DNA of 64,000 bases from a virus. The stretch spans positions 8,155 through 72,154 of the IMG/VR virus record IMGVR_UViG_3300019764_000005; one strand, 5' to 3'. A program made the translations under genes and the position numbers. Of this stretch, positions 20,013 to 30,610 are shown piece by piece (positions within the stretch are counted from its first letter, which is position 1; every line of letters begins with the position of its first letter). The notes under the pieces were generated by a model that saw only the letters and a list, made by a program, of their open reading frames with translations, made no database searches and had not been told where the DNA came from.

Positions 20013-20480
20013 TTACAATACCTTATATTTAGATTTGCCATTTTCCTTGTACATTTCAAGGACTTGGTTTCTATTCTTCCCATCTTTCCTTAGGGATACG
20101 TGTATCCAAGAAAAATCACCTTCATCATAATTCCAGTGCTCGAAAATCAATTGATCAAACTCACAGTTATTCATAATCCAATTACCGATAGCGGTATTGC
20201 TGGCTCCTCCGTATATATCTGCATCTACATCCAAGGCTTCTCCCATGGGGTGCTGCGATTTTTTAGATCCATGTATAGCAGAGTTCAAAATAGGGTGCCT
20301 ATACCCAGATGAAACGCCAATTGGAATTCCAAAATGCTCCCTCATTGGATCAAATATATTAGCCCCTATAAATCTTAAGCTATCTAAATGATCTGCTTCA
20401 GGGTTATTGTCGATTCCAAGTCTTATAGCGGTATTGCTCTTTATAACCTCTTTTAGTGATAGATATTTACTTATTTTCAT
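20013..20480 (-). CDS. Endolysin, peptidase M15 family
   Basis: SSGYR, SQH..GEALD, WIHVS zinc-peptidase motifs. Confidence 0.88.
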   Translation of the reverse strand: MKISKYLSLKEVIKSNTAIRLGIDNNPEADHLDSLRFIGANIFDPMREHFGIPIGVSSGYRHPILNSAIHGSKKSQHPMGEALDVDADIYGGASNTAIGNWIMNNCEFDQLIFEHWNYDEGDFSWIHVSLRKDGKNRNQVLEMYKENGKSKYKVL

Positions 20481-20809
20481 TTGTCATTGTTTTTATCCAT
20501 ATCCCTAGCTTTCCATATGTCAAGTATCATGTTGTACATTTTCTGATTACGATCTTCATTTCTATTATCATTAGCCTTTATCGTTGCAGAATTATCTTTT
20601 ATATTTTCAGAGTTCTCTTCGATCGACTTTTCAAGATTAGCATCACGATCATCAACATACTTATAAGTGGCTTTGGAATTAATAGTTTCTATAAGCTTAT
20701 CATTAACAGTGTAAGCTCTTGCAGAAAAATGAGTGTACAATCCTAATGTAACAACGCAGGCTATGCTTATTATCGACAACACGTATGTTCTTCGTTCATG
20801 TTTCGTCAT
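20477..20809 (-). CDS. Membrane-anchored coiled-coil protein (lysis accessory candidate)
   Basis: N-terminal TM helix plus coiled coil, overlaps the endolysin start. Confidence 0.5.
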   Translation of the reverse strand: MTKHERRTYVLSIISIACVVTLGLYTHFSARAYTVNDKLIETINSKATYKYVDDRDANLEKSIEENSENIKDNSATIKANDNRNEDRNQKMYNMILDIWKARDMDKNNDK

Positions 20810-21149
20810 GGTCTATGTTTAAATAAATTACTGTTATTGTCAAGAATGTTATCATTGAAATCACATCCCATAAAATGATATTAAGTGTGCTGTCAACTAT
20901 TATTTTGAAGAGCATTGAAATTTCATAAGCAAATCTAATATACAAGTAAATAAATGCTATGTTAAACAATTTATTATATTTATCACTTAGAATTAAACTC
21001 TTTGTCAGCTTTATTAGCATGTATATAAATAATGCTTGGGCTGTGTAAAAAAAGGCAGTCCATAATTGCGGATCTCCAATTTTACACAAGCTCTCAAAGA
21101 TTATAGATGAAAGTATCCAAAACATCATGGATAATACAAATTTTTTCAT
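20796..21149 (-). CDS. Multi-pass membrane protein
   Basis: About four hydrophobic segments in 117 aa. Confidence 0.6.
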   Translation of the reverse strand: MKKFVLSMMFWILSSIIFESLCKIGDPQLWTAFFYTAQALFIYMLIKLTKSLILSDKYNKLFNIAFIYLYIRFAYEISMLFKIIVDSTLNIILWDVISMITFLTITVIYLNIDHDET

Positions 21150-21152
21150 AGG

Positions 21153-21266
21153 TTATCTGTGAGTTCCTGGCGGTCTACCTTCGCTTTCTGTCTCTTCTAT
21201 TCCATTATTATTTATATCATCCTCTTCCTGATCTTGGCACGCGTGTAACTTTTCTTGTACTACCAT
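21153..21266 (-). CDS. Small acidic peptide (37 aa)
   Basis: MVVQEKLHACQDQEEDDINNNGIEETESEGRPPGTHR; stop is 3 nt before the next ATG. Confidence 0.4.
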   Translation of the reverse strand: MVVQEKLHACQDQEEDDINNNGIEETESEGRPPGTHR

Positions 21267-21355
21267 GATAATGATTTTTTTTATTAGTTATTAATTTTAT
21301 TTATAAAGATATGAAAAAACCGACAATTAATCCTATTGAGTATTCAAATAATATA

Positions 21356-22201
21356 TTACGCCAAATCAAACTGATAGACCGTATTTACAGATGAATCTAC
21401 AACCCAATATCGAGTTCCATCAGGTTTGAAAAACAACCCAAAAGAAATGACTATAGGGGTAGATAAATCATATGTATCATCTGATATTGCTAAATTAGAT
21501 ATCTCAAATGGTGTTGTAAAATCAAATTGATCTATGTTAAGAATATTATTATTTATACTGAATAGTTGGAGTCCGTTAGGATTCCATCCAGATGCTGTAG
21601 TACTCCATCCGCTTGCGCGAAATTCGGTAGCTATTAACGTAGCAGAAGATGCATTATATGGTGTGCTCAGGTTGTATTTGCGCACATCACCATTAATCTC
21701 TGTCAAAAACATTAATAAACCATCATTCGTTACAAATGGAGAATATATTACACTAGTTGGTGAAATAAATTGATCTGAATATGTTGCAGATGTTAGCAGC
21801 CACGGAGTACTCATCGTATAATGATCACAAGATACTGTTCCAGTATAGTCAGTAATATACATGTGTATTCCATCAGGAGTTATATAAATACTCCTTCCTC
21901 TAGTTGTATTGGTTAACAAAAATAAATCACTTGATTTGGTGATACCTCCACTTAAATCCCAGTTGGTTGTTAAATCATATTTTATCACAGTGTTTATAAT
22001 GTCATCAATTACATAAAATGCAGATCCATCACTTTTAAACGTTAAACCTTCCATATCTACAGTTCCATCAGTGTAATTTACAGAATTATAGACTGTTGTT
22101 GATATCTGCCATCTATCTCTTCGTTGATTATGTCCGTAAAATAATTGATTCATATTAATTATAGTTTGATCCATAGGTTGTAAATAATGTAGTTCCATCA
22201 T
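21356..22201 (-). CDS. Beta-propeller repeat protein, tail-fibre associated
   Basis: Repeated F.PDG...Y.L.TPW units; probable start at MNQLFYG near 22153. Confidence 0.65.
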   Translation of the reverse strand: MMELHYLQPMDQTIINMNQLFYGHNQRRDRWQISTTVYNSVNYTDGTVDMEGLTFKSDGSAFYVIDDIINTVIKYDLTTNWDLSGGITKSSDLFLLTNTTRGRSIYITPDGIHMYITDYTGTVSCDHYTMSTPWLLTSATYSDQFISPTSVIYSPFVTNDGLLMFLTEINGDVRKYNLSTPYNASSATLIATEFRASGWSTTASGWNPNGLQLFSINNNILNIDQFDFTTPFEISNLAISDDTYDLSTPIVISFGLFFKPDGTRYWVVDSSVNTVYQFDLA

Positions 22202-25200
22202 ACCACCAGGAGAGTATATCTATTGCATTTGCAGTATTGGTTAGTGTTATTGTTCCACTACCACCGTTTATAACTTTTGGTGTCGGAGATAGGGTTAATG
22301 TATAACCATTTCCACCAGAATCTTGTGTGATCTTAAAGTTACCACTCATACCATCAACCAAGTTAGTTAAAGTAACTGTAGTATTCCCAGATAAAGTAAT
22401 TCCTGCATTAACAGAAGTAGAACAATTGTAGGTTGGTGCAGTTCCTGTTAATGTCTGTGTTGCTTTTTTAAATACATCAATACTTTCCCAACTTGAATTC
22501 CCTGATCCATCTGCTGTCAATACATTTCCATCAGCAGCAGGAGTGCCACCAGGAGAAGATGATAATGGTGAATCGTTAGAACTATTGAATGTACCAGATG
22601 AATGAACATCTGTCACTGATGTATTCCCTAATCTAACTGTATTAGACCCAGCACCTTCAGCATTATAACCTATTACAGTTTCATTATCTACACCATTTTC
22701 TGAAACCTTAGTACTTGATCCAATATATGTTGAATTAGTAAAGTCCGTTGCATTATTATTATTATCATTAAGTTTTAATGCAGCAGCAGTACCTATGGCA
22801 ACCCAATTATTACCCGTAGTTATTTTTCCAGCAGCATCACCGCCTACGCTAGTCCAATTTGAACCTGTAATCATACTCCTGGCAGATGATTGACCAACTG
22901 ATGTCCACGACCCGCCAGTAGTCATATTCTCACCAGCTCTAGACCCAATAGCTGTCCATGATCCTCCTGTAATATTAGACGCACCAGCACGATAACCAAT
23001 TGCTGTATACAATTGCCCACTTGTAGTTAGTGTAGCAGCTTCATAACCAAATGCGCTGTTCCATATACCAGTAGTATTAACTCCCGCATTAAAGCCAAAT
23101 CTTTCACTAGCTGTAGCAAATGTACTTGTGATACCACCTGTAAAGTTTGTCACCACAGATGTAGTAGAACCCTCAGTGGTAACTTCTTGTAATGTTGGAG
23201 TACCTGTACTTATTGAAGTCCAACTTGATCCGCCAGAACCATCGGCTATTAAAGCATAACCATTAGTAGCTGGTATTCCTCCTGGCGACGATGCTAATGG
23301 GGAGGCGTTTGAACTATTAAATTCTCCAGTTGTAATAACCTCCAGTACACTTAAGTTACCAAGAGTAACTGTATTAATTCCACCACCTAATGCACCATAT
23401 CCAAATACATTTTCATTTGTCACTCCATTAGCTGATACTTTTGTATCTTTCCCAATATATACCGAATTACTAATAGATGTAGCATTCCCGCCACCATTTA
23501 GTGAATCAGCAGCTTGATGTCCAATTGTAATATAACCACTACTAAGTGCAACGTATTGACCAGATGCAGCACCTATGGAAACAAAGTTATCGCCACTTGT
23601 ATTTGATGTTGCGGATGATCGTCCAACTGCGACCCATGCATCACCAGTAGTATTTGAAGCACCAGCAAAAGAACCAATAGCAGTCCATGAAAAACCATTG
23701 GTACTATCCTCTCCAGCTTTATATCCAAATGCTGTTGTATTACTTCCTGTTCCTACCGATGCAGCATTGAATCCAAATCTTGTCTTAGTACCAGTCGAAC
23801 TACTAATTCCACCATTAAAAACAGTGAATACATCAGTAGTAGCCCCTTCTGTGGTAACTTCTTGCAGTGCAGGAGTACTTATACCAGCATTCACTTGCCA
23901 TGTAGCATTTCCACTTGCATCAGATGTTAGGATATATCCATCAGTAGCACCTGTTATTAGCTGAATTGTCTCTGCAACTAAATCTTTAGCAGTCCAATCT
24001 ACTGTATTTAAATTTGAATTACCAGCATTAAAGACCAAATCTCCTTTATAAGTAACATCTGATATTCCTACTATAAAATCATTGGTTGATCCTGGACTTA
24101 ATGTAATGGAATTATGGTTTGCTACAATTTTTGATGTTCCAGAATCGTTAGTGAAATCCATACCAACAGCTCCTAATGCAGAACCTAAACGTCTTAACGA
24201 TAAAGGCAATTCTGAACTATTATCGAAAGTGTTGTTGTTTAAAAATAGATTACCAACATTAGTTCTAGCAATAAAATTTACATCGAAATTATTAATGCCT
24301 GTACCACCGTTCTCTACAGGAAGAATACCTCTTACATCAGTTGTAAGATCAGTACCATTCAAATTAGGATCAGTTATCATGTTTAATGCAATATCTACTG
24401 CCGAAGCATGAATGGTTGATTCTAAGTCAGGAATATCCGAAGCAATAATATTGTGAGGATTTCGATTGAGAATCTTAACCAAATCATCACTATAAGTAAC
24501 ACTTTCAAATTGCCCATCTTTCTGAACGATAGTTATCAAATCAGCATAAGCAACCTCCACATTCTCGTCAATATAAGCTTGATTCAACTCTGAGTTATGC
24601 CAATCACCCGTGTTAACTGCATCATAAAAATCTGAATCCCTAACTACTTGTTTCCAAATTAAAGCGTTAGACTTATCCCAAATTAGTTGACTTGGATTAG
24701 TATTACCTGTCTCGAACAATCTTTCAATGAAAGTAGTAGTGTTGGTTCCAATTTCTTCTGAACCAGCTATGAACGTATCACCTTCAACTAGAGGAAGTAT
24801 TGCTTGTCCTTCATTGTTGTTTGGAATGTAGTCTGGGGTTGCTAGTTTTACTGATATGTTATCAACTGAACCATTTGCAAAATTTCTAGCAACAATTTTT
24901 GCTCTAGTTGTACTTACAGCTTTTACTATGTCTGTATGGGTTCCTATTGTATCAAATGCAGCTGTATTACCACCCCCGTAAGCTGCGTAAAACTGCCCCG
25001 CACTTAATGATACAATATCAAAACTTATAATATATGACTCACCTATAATAGCATTATCAGGACCTTGATTTATATTTTCGGAAGTAGTACCATCAGCAAT
25101 TGCGACACCATTATCTATTGTCCAATTCGGATTTTTATTCCAATCAGTATCGGTATCAAATCCACCATTAACAACTAACTCAGGATTCCTGGCAATAGCG

Positions 25201-28025
25201 CCTTTATCAAGTAAATGAGTACTTCCATTCTCATCATATCCTTCTGTTACTCCACCACTTACTGTTAATTCTACAGCATCTCCGTTAGAGTCGTAGCCGT
25301 ATCCGAGGTGGGGTAATGGATAGGAATCTCCATTACTTAACAACAATGAATGGACGTTACCAACACCACTTGATATTATGTCATTCCCAGAAATAGATAA
25401 TACCTGATCGCCTGAATAACTAATAATTGTTATGCCAGATAAGTCGGTAAATGAAAATACAGCCGTTGCATCAACCGATGTTATTGGTAGAAGCAATTGT
25501 GCATCCCTATCATTCGCAGCATCTTTCAAAACATTATCTTCACGAGTAGATAATACCCTGTAGTTTTCAGGGTAATCTTCGTTTTCAGTGTGCTCAATTC
25601 TCCTATCGTTAAGAGTTTTTGTTGCAATAGTAGACGCAGCAGTTGTACTAATATTTAATTCAGGATCATCAGATAATGCAAAATTATTAATCCCTGTCCC
25701 TCCGTTTGTATTAGGCAGAATACCTGTAACATTAGAAGTCAAATCTATATCACTAAAAGTAATTTGCTGTCCAGATAATGATACATAGTCTTCTCCTGTA
25801 ATTGTCACTAAATCATGATGAGCATTTGTAGTTGCAGTATGATCAAATGCCCAATTAGAACTTATTGGAATGGTCGTAGCCCCGTCCACAGGCATATCAT
25901 CTACGTCTGCAAATCTAATTAAGTCTACAGTGTCAGTTAAATCTGTGCTAGCCAACGTTATAGTACTAGATGTGTGATTGTGAGAATCGTCACCTACGGT
26001 AGTTACAATAGAAGTTGTTCCTGATCCAGTAACATCTCCTGATAAAGTTATTGTTTCGTTTCCAGTTATATAATCAGATGTATCTAATAACCATGTATTT
26101 ACAGCAGTTTTTCTCAATAGTCCAGAGGTTCCAGCTAGTGCTGCAATAGCATCTAGATCACCATCCCATGCCTGAACATCACTTCCTATGGCTAACCCTA
26201 AATTAATTCTAGCACCAGACGCAGTTGAACTATTGGTTCCTCCATTTAATACTGGAAGGATTCCCGTTACGTGCGATGTCAAATTCACCTGAAGAGCATT
26301 TATGTTTTGCCCAATTAACGACAAATAGCTCTGTCCTGAGATCGTAACAGGATCATGACCTCCTGTTGGCGCCTGCCAAGTCCCATTACCAGCAGCATCC
26401 GTAGTGAGTACATATCCGCTTGTCGGTGATAATGGTATTCTTATGCTATTATTAAATATAGCTTGCTTAATAAACGTCTTTATTCCATCAGCAGATTGAT
26501 TTGTTGTAAGATCCATGGCAGTTCCAGATGTTAAATATCCAGGACCATTTGAGAATGATGATAAGTCAGTAGGACCAGTATAATTTATAACTCCTGTGGT
26601 TGAATTATATGACAGATCACCTGTAGCATCTATAGCTAATCTTGCTCTTTGGTTCGTGAAATACAATACTCCTCCATTCTCAGTTACAAGATCAGTTGTA
26701 TAATCACCTATTGTAGCAATTATTGAGCCTATTCTGCCGAATACCGAATCAACATCTGAGGGGCTTATCAATACATACACACTACCACTCCACCTGTACG
26801 TTAGATTTGAGTCTAGCGCCAAGTATATTATATTGGCAATACCAGTGGTAGGGAATGACGAAAAGCTCGCATACTCCTCAATCTCATCAACAAAAGCAGG
26901 AAGATGTATTGATGGAACTATTCCACTGCCATCAAGAGGAGCTACGCCATTCATGGCAGCTTTCTGAGACAATGGAATATGTCCTACACCTCTATAGTTA
27001 GTATTGGCTAACACATCAGCATTATTACTTACTAATGTGTTAGAATAATATAAATTAGTAAGACCCTGAGTAAGTTCATCTGTGCTATGAATAGATAGAT
27101 TGGTTACATCGGAAGGTTTATTTTGAATGAATGCGCCTGCCAAGGGATCTGTTTCATCCCAATCAGCCTGCACAAAACTAGGTAGTTGAGACACAGGCAC
27201 AAGTCCAGATCCATCCAAAGTAGCAACACCGTTTGGTGTACCCTTTTCTGACAAAGGAACATGTCCTACATTCCTGTACGCTGTATTTAGTACGACATCA
27301 GAATTCAGTGATACCTGGGCTTGGAAATCGCTTATTTGAGTAGCTAAAACATTATGTGGGTTTGATGAATCACCTATGTGATTTTGAATATCTGTATTTA
27401 AAACATTCGTAGCTACTGTACTTGCTGCCGTACCTGAGTCGTTTAATGTAGGTGTATCAGATAATGGATTCTGAGTATCTGTAAATTCGGCATCTGCAGG
27501 AACATCCGACTCTACCGTATGATCATTAACTTTCTTCACAACAAGAACTCCACCTTCGATAACCAAACTATTAGCATCTGGCTCTATGTGCTCATTCTGA
27601 ACAAAGTTCGTAGTTTCGTCATGATTGACATCTGAAGAAGCAAATCCCCTTTCGAAGAAAAGAAGATCTGACTCTGATATTTGCGTGGCTCCACTACCAT
27701 AGGTCCCCTCACCGGATACAAGCAATGCGGATATCTCACCTCTTACTGGATCACTCCTTTTGAAGATTACTATATCACTCCCAGTTACTATTATTGGATC
27801 GGCTAGATTGGTTGAGTCTACAATAGATAAAGATGTGTTACCGTAATCTATGACACGGAAATTAACATCGCCTTCTCCGCCACTAAAGTCAAGATTCTGA
27901 TTAAGAAAATCAACCAATGTAGATAAGGGGTAATTATATGAATTGTCGTCTACCGCAACTCCAAAAAACCTGTCAGTTAATTCAAAAATTAGTTTATTTC
28001 CGTAATTTCTTTGCTCTTCGCTCAT
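22155..28025 (-). CDS. Tail fibre protein (1956 aa)
   Basis: G/S/T/N-rich; NGVA.LDGSG, ILPV.NGGT and TAIG..A..N beta-roll repeats, YVLTSDA.GN..W modules. Confidence 0.85.
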   Translation of the reverse strand: MSEEQRNYGNKLIFELTDRFFGVAVDDNSYNYPLSTLVDFLNQNLDFSGGEGDVNFRVIDYGNTSLSIVDSTNLADPIIVTGSDIVIFKRSDPVRGEISALLVSGEGTYGSGATQISESDLLFFERGFASSDVNHDETTNFVQNEHIEPDANSLVIEGGVLVVKKVNDHTVESDVPADAEFTDTQNPLSDTPTLNDSGTAASTVATNVLNTDIQNHIGDSSNPHNVLATQISDFQAQVSLNSDVVLNTAYRNVGHVPLSEKGTPNGVATLDGSGLVPVSQLPSFVQADWDETDPLAGAFIQNKPSDVTNLSIHSTDELTQGLTNLYYSNTLVSNNADVLANTNYRGVGHIPLSQKAAMNGVAPLDGSGIVPSIHLPAFVDEIEEYASFSSFPTTGIANIIYLALDSNLTYRWSGSVYVLISPSDVDSVFGRIGSIIATIGDYTTDLVTENGGVLYFTNQRARLAIDATGDLSYNSTTGVINYTGPTDLSSFSNGPGYLTSGTAMDLTTNQSADGIKTFIKQAIFNNSIRIPLSPTSGYVLTTDAAGNGTWQAPTGGHDPVTISGQSYLSLIGQNINALQVNLTSHVTGILPVLNGGTNSSTASGARINLGLAIGSDVQAWDGDLDAIAALAGTSGLLRKTAVNTWLLDTSDYITGNETITLSGDVTGSGTTSIVTTVGDDSHNHTSSTITLASTDLTDTVDLIRFADVDDMPVDGATTIPISSNWAFDHTATTNAHHDLVTITGEDYVSLSGQQITFSDIDLTSNVTGILPNTNGGTGINNFALSDDPELNISTTAASTIATKTLNDRRIEHTENEDYPENYRVLSTREDNVLKDAANDRDAQLLLPITSVDATAVFSFTDLSGITIISYSGDQVLSISGNDIISSGVGNVHSLLLSNGDSYPLPHLGYGYDSNGDAVELTVSGGVTEGYDENGSTHLLDKGAIARNPELVVNGGFDTDTDWNKNPNWTIDNGVAIADGTTSENINQGPDNAIIGESYIISFDIVSLSAGQFYAAYGGGNTAAFDTIGTHTDIVKAVSTTRAKIVARNFANGSVDNISVKLATPDYIPNNNEGQAILPLVEGDTFIAGSEEIGTNTTTFIERLFETGNTNPSQLIWDKSNALIWKQVVRDSDFYDAVNTGDWHNSELNQAYIDENVEVAYADLITIVQKDGQFESVTYSDDLVKILNRNPHNIIASDIPDLESTIHASAVDIALNMITDPNLNGTDLTTDVRGILPVENGGTGINNFDVNFIARTNVGNLFLNNNTFDNSSELPLSLRRLGSALGAVGMDFTNDSGTSKIVANHNSITLSPGSTNDFIVGISDVTYKGDLVFNAGNSNLNTVDWTAKDLVAETIQLITGATDGYILTSDASGNATWQVNAGISTPALQEVTTEGATTDVFTVFNGGISSSTGTKTRFGFNAASVGTGSNTTAFGYKAGEDSTNGFSWTAIGSFAGASNTTGDAWVAVGRSSATSNTSGDNFVSIGAASGQYVALSSGYITIGHQAADSLNGGGNATSISNSVYIGKDTKVSANGVTNENVFGYGALGGGINTVTLGNLSVLEVITTGEFNSSNASPLASSPGGIPATNGYALIADGSGGSSWTSISTGTPTLQEVTTEGSTTSVVTNFTGGITSTFATASERFGFNAGVNTTGIWNSAFGYEAATLTTSGQLYTAIGYRAGASNITGGSWTAIGSRAGENMTTGGSWTSVGQSSARSMITGSNWTSVGGDAAGKITTGNNWVAIGTAAALKLNDNNNNATDFTNSTYIGSSTKVSENGVDNETVIGYNAEGAGSNTVRLGNTSVTDVHSSGTFNSSNDSPLSSSPGGTPAADGNVLTADGSGNSSWESIDVFKKATQTLTGTAPTYNCSTSVNAGITLSGNTTVTLTNLVDGMSGNFKITQDSGGNGYTLTLSPTPKVINGGSGTITLTNTANAIDILSWWYDGTTLFTTYGSNYN

Positions 28026-28054
28026 GATCGCTAATTTAGAATAATTCCATATAG

Positions 28055-28062
28055 CAAATATA
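28055..28062 (-). promoter_or_regulatory. -7 promoter box (TATATTTG) for the tail-fibre/lysis operon
   Basis: TAnnTTTG 30 nt upstream of the ATG. Confidence 0.6.
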
Positions 28063-28142
28063 GGGATTTACGTGCATATATTATTGATTATATGGCATAA
28101 AACATTTATCTTTATATCATTTATGAAACAAGAATAACCAAT

Positions 28143-28712
28143 ATGGCGTCAAGTAAACATCAAAAAAGGCACTATTACGCCAAACCAGACACCACTTCTA
28201 AAATGAGAAAGTTTAAATGGTACAAAAAGAAACTTAAGAGACTTGGCAGTAGTAGGAACGATGTTCACATTGCTGCTTACATGCCTGTGATTCAAGAGTA
28301 CATGCTCAGAAAAACAAAGCTAAGCATTATTGATCTAAATACGCTAATGCGACTTGGCAGACTTAATCGAACTTTTGGGAAAGAAGAGTTTTTGGATGCT
28401 CCAAATAAATATGGTCGAAGACTAGTGGCGGCTCAGATGATAAGATTTGAGGATCGTAAGTATATTGAGCGATGGGAGGGGCATAATATGAATTACAGAA
28501 GATGTGTTCAGTACCGCCTTACGGTCAGAGGTCGAAGTATTATTAATGAGATGGATCAATTACTATTGAGAGAGAAAAAGATTCCTCTTGATGCAAGATA
28601 TACGGATCATGAGTTTGTTACTCCAAAAAGCCAGTTGGAGAATAATAAGTATAAAATAAATTGGTATGCTGCGATAATTGAATTTAATGAAGCAGTAGAA
28701 AATAAAAATTAA
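28143..28712 (+). CDS. Winged-helix (MarR-like) DNA-binding protein candidate
   Basis: Basic protein with YRLTVRGR wing motif. Confidence 0.5.
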   Translation: MASSKHQKRHYYAKPDTTSKMRKFKWYKKKLKRLGSSRNDVHIAAYMPVIQEYMLRKTKLSIIDLNTLMRLGRLNRTFGKEEFLDAPNKYGRRLVAAQMIRFEDRKYIERWEGHNMNYRRCVQYRLTVRGRSIINEMDQLLLREKKIPLDARYTDHEFVTPKSQLENNKYKINWYAAIIEFNEAVENKN

Positions 28713-28737
28713 TTTTAATAATCAAAATTCACTAAAA

Positions 28738-29112
28738 ATGAAAAGAACTATCAATTTAATGGATGTTAAAATAACAGACATCAACGAAGTCGAGTACAAT
28801 GAGGAACAGATGAAGACTATTGTTAAGCAAGCAGCTAACATGATCTTCAAAAAGGCTGACTCGTATGAAATGCTTGACTATGGGAAAGGATTTCATAATC
28901 TTGAACCGGTTAAAATAAATGAGGATGAAGCTGCCAAGATTAAGGATATAATCAGAAATCCACAGGAAGGGTTCTTGTTTTTTGTATCTGCTCCAATCTG
29001 TGCATATATAGATGAGGAGTTTAAGAAGCCGCTAAAACCCAGACCTAGCAAAATTGAAAATGATGAGCCAATTGGACCTATGGTTATAAAAGAAAAAGAG
29101 GGAGGCGTTTAA
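28738..29112 (+). CDS. Hypothetical protein
   Basis: 124-aa ORF. Confidence 0.6.
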   Translation: MKRTINLMDVKITDINEVEYNEEQMKTIVKQAANMIFKKADSYEMLDYGKGFHNLEPVKINEDEAAKIKDIIRNPQEGFLFFVSAPICAYIDEEFKKPLKPRPSKIENDEPIGPMVIKEKEGGV

Positions 29113-29125
29113 GCTTCCCTCTTTT
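29094..29125. terminator. Bidirectional terminator; exact inverted copy of 50123-50154
   Basis: AAAAGAGGGAGGCGTTTAAGCTTCCCTCTTTT between convergent genes. Confidence 0.75.
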
Positions 29126-29535
29126 TATTCCTTTACTTCCCGACAGTATATCATATTTGAACACATCAAATATACTTCTTCTGACTCATCAATAGGTTGA
29201 TTTTCAATATTGAAAGGTTTTTGAAAATGAATTATCTCGTCAAAAAAATCAATTATTCCTCCAAGACCTTCTATGTACACATTAATATACTCATAATCAC
29301 CAATACGTTTTTGAATGTATCTGATCTCATCTTTAAAAACACATGGATTAAGAGTGGATCTGTTGCCGACATACACAATGTCACCGCGTCCAGGTATTAC
29401 AATGTATTGTCGTCCTGTAAGTCTGGATTTAATTTCACGAACCTCGTCGCTTTCCTGAAGTTTAACGTATTCCGATTTTTCCATAATCAATCCATTACGA
29501 TTAAGCCCCTCTGTTCTGCCCGGCAGTAGTACCAC
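29125..29535 (-). CDS. Hypothetical protein
   Basis: ORF; probable start at MEKSEY. Confidence 0.55.
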   Translation of the reverse strand: MVLLPGRTEGLNRNGLIMEKSEYVKLQESDEVREIKSRLTGRQYIVIPGRGDIVYVGNRSTLNPCVFKDEIRYIQKRIGDYEYINVYIEGLGGIIDFFDEIIHFQKPFNIENQPIDESEEVYLMCSNMIYCREVKE

Positions 29536-29677
29536 CTCAGCACATTCCCATTTAAGCTATATCTTAGGATCATACCTTTAAATTCATTTCTACTGATGTT
29601 ATCTAAATTAATCTTCTCCATGTTTTGCGACTTTCTGATTTTTGTGTAAAATACTAATTAATTACTTTAGAATGAAT

Positions 29678-30118
29678 TCAAATAACAAGCGGATCTATTT
29701 CGGAATAAAGGAAGTCTTCGAAATCCATTATATTTTTAGCAGTGTAACCATTCTTCTTTCTGTTGATGCCATGTGCATCACAAAACACATTATGCTTGTT
29801 GTACACCCACTTTATATAGTCAGTGTTGGTCCTGGTGTCGAATTCATCAATTGACAACTTAGGATTTAATATGAGGTAAGCAGAAATATAACCGCGACGC
29901 ATTTGAGAATGAACAGCTTCAAGTCTGGCTTTAATATCGTACTCTTTCGTTTCTTCTTCAAAGTCTGGGAGCTCATCCCAATCGTCTTCATTTGCAAAAT
30001 CTGGCAACTCATCGTAATCTGGTTGATGATGCGATCCATCGAACGATTCATCTGGAACCATTGAGAATATATCCATCGTCACCGCATCGGGGGTTCTATT
30101 CCTGTTATTTCTTTCCAT
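29678..30118 (-). CDS. Hypothetical acidic protein
   Basis: 146 aa with a short DELPDF repeat. Confidence 0.6.
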   Translation of the reverse strand: MERNNRNRTPDAVTMDIFSMVPDESFDGSHHQPDYDELPDFANEDDWDELPDFEEETKEYDIKARLEAVHSQMRRGYISAYLILNPKLSIDEFDTRTNTDYIKWVYNKHNVFCDAHGINRKKNGYTAKNIMDFEDFLYSEIDPLVI

Positions 30119-30141
30119 ACTTCACAATATTTTAATATTTC

Positions 30142-30414
30142 CTACTCTGTTTTACTACTATAACAACCCATATTTGAGTTCTTAACTGGCGCAAGCTCTT
30201 TCAGCCTGTTCAATCCTTCAGGCATTATCAGAATCTTAAATTCGAAATTTAACAACTCTCCTGCTGTAAAATTAGTGTATCTGAAATCATCCTCCATATG
30301 ATCCCAATCGTTACGCAGTAATTTATCCTTGTGTTCTTCACACAAATAACCGGCAGATACAAGATAATTTCTACCTATCTGGTCTTTATCGTCTATTAAA
30401 GCAAACTTTTTCAT
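30142..30414 (-). CDS. Hypothetical protein
   Basis: ORF in a tightly packed operon. Confidence 0.6.
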   Translation of the reverse strand: MKKFALIDDKDQIGRNYLVSAGYLCEEHKDKLLRNDWDHMEDDFRYTNFTAGELLNFEFKILIMPEGLNRLKELAPVKNSNMGCYSSKTE

Positions 30415-30419
30415 ATCAA

Positions 30420-30608
30420 TTATTCGTTTAGATAATCACCTTCCTCTTTAATATTACATGCTCTTTCGTACTCATAGTGACCTACGGTTCTCTCTGAGTG
30501 GTTGCATAAGAGACAAACCATATTGGCAATTTCCCTTTTCCACTTACTTCCTTTTTTAATCACAACCTTATCCATTGGATATAGGCACTCTGGACATTCT
30601 TTAGTCAT
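30420..30608 (-). CDS. Small zinc-ribbon protein
   Basis: CPEC...CLLC. Confidence 0.55.
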   Translation of the reverse strand: MTKECPECLYPMDKVVIKKGSKWKREIANMVCLLCNHSERTVGHYEYERACNIKEEGDYLNE

Positions 30609-30610
30609 GG

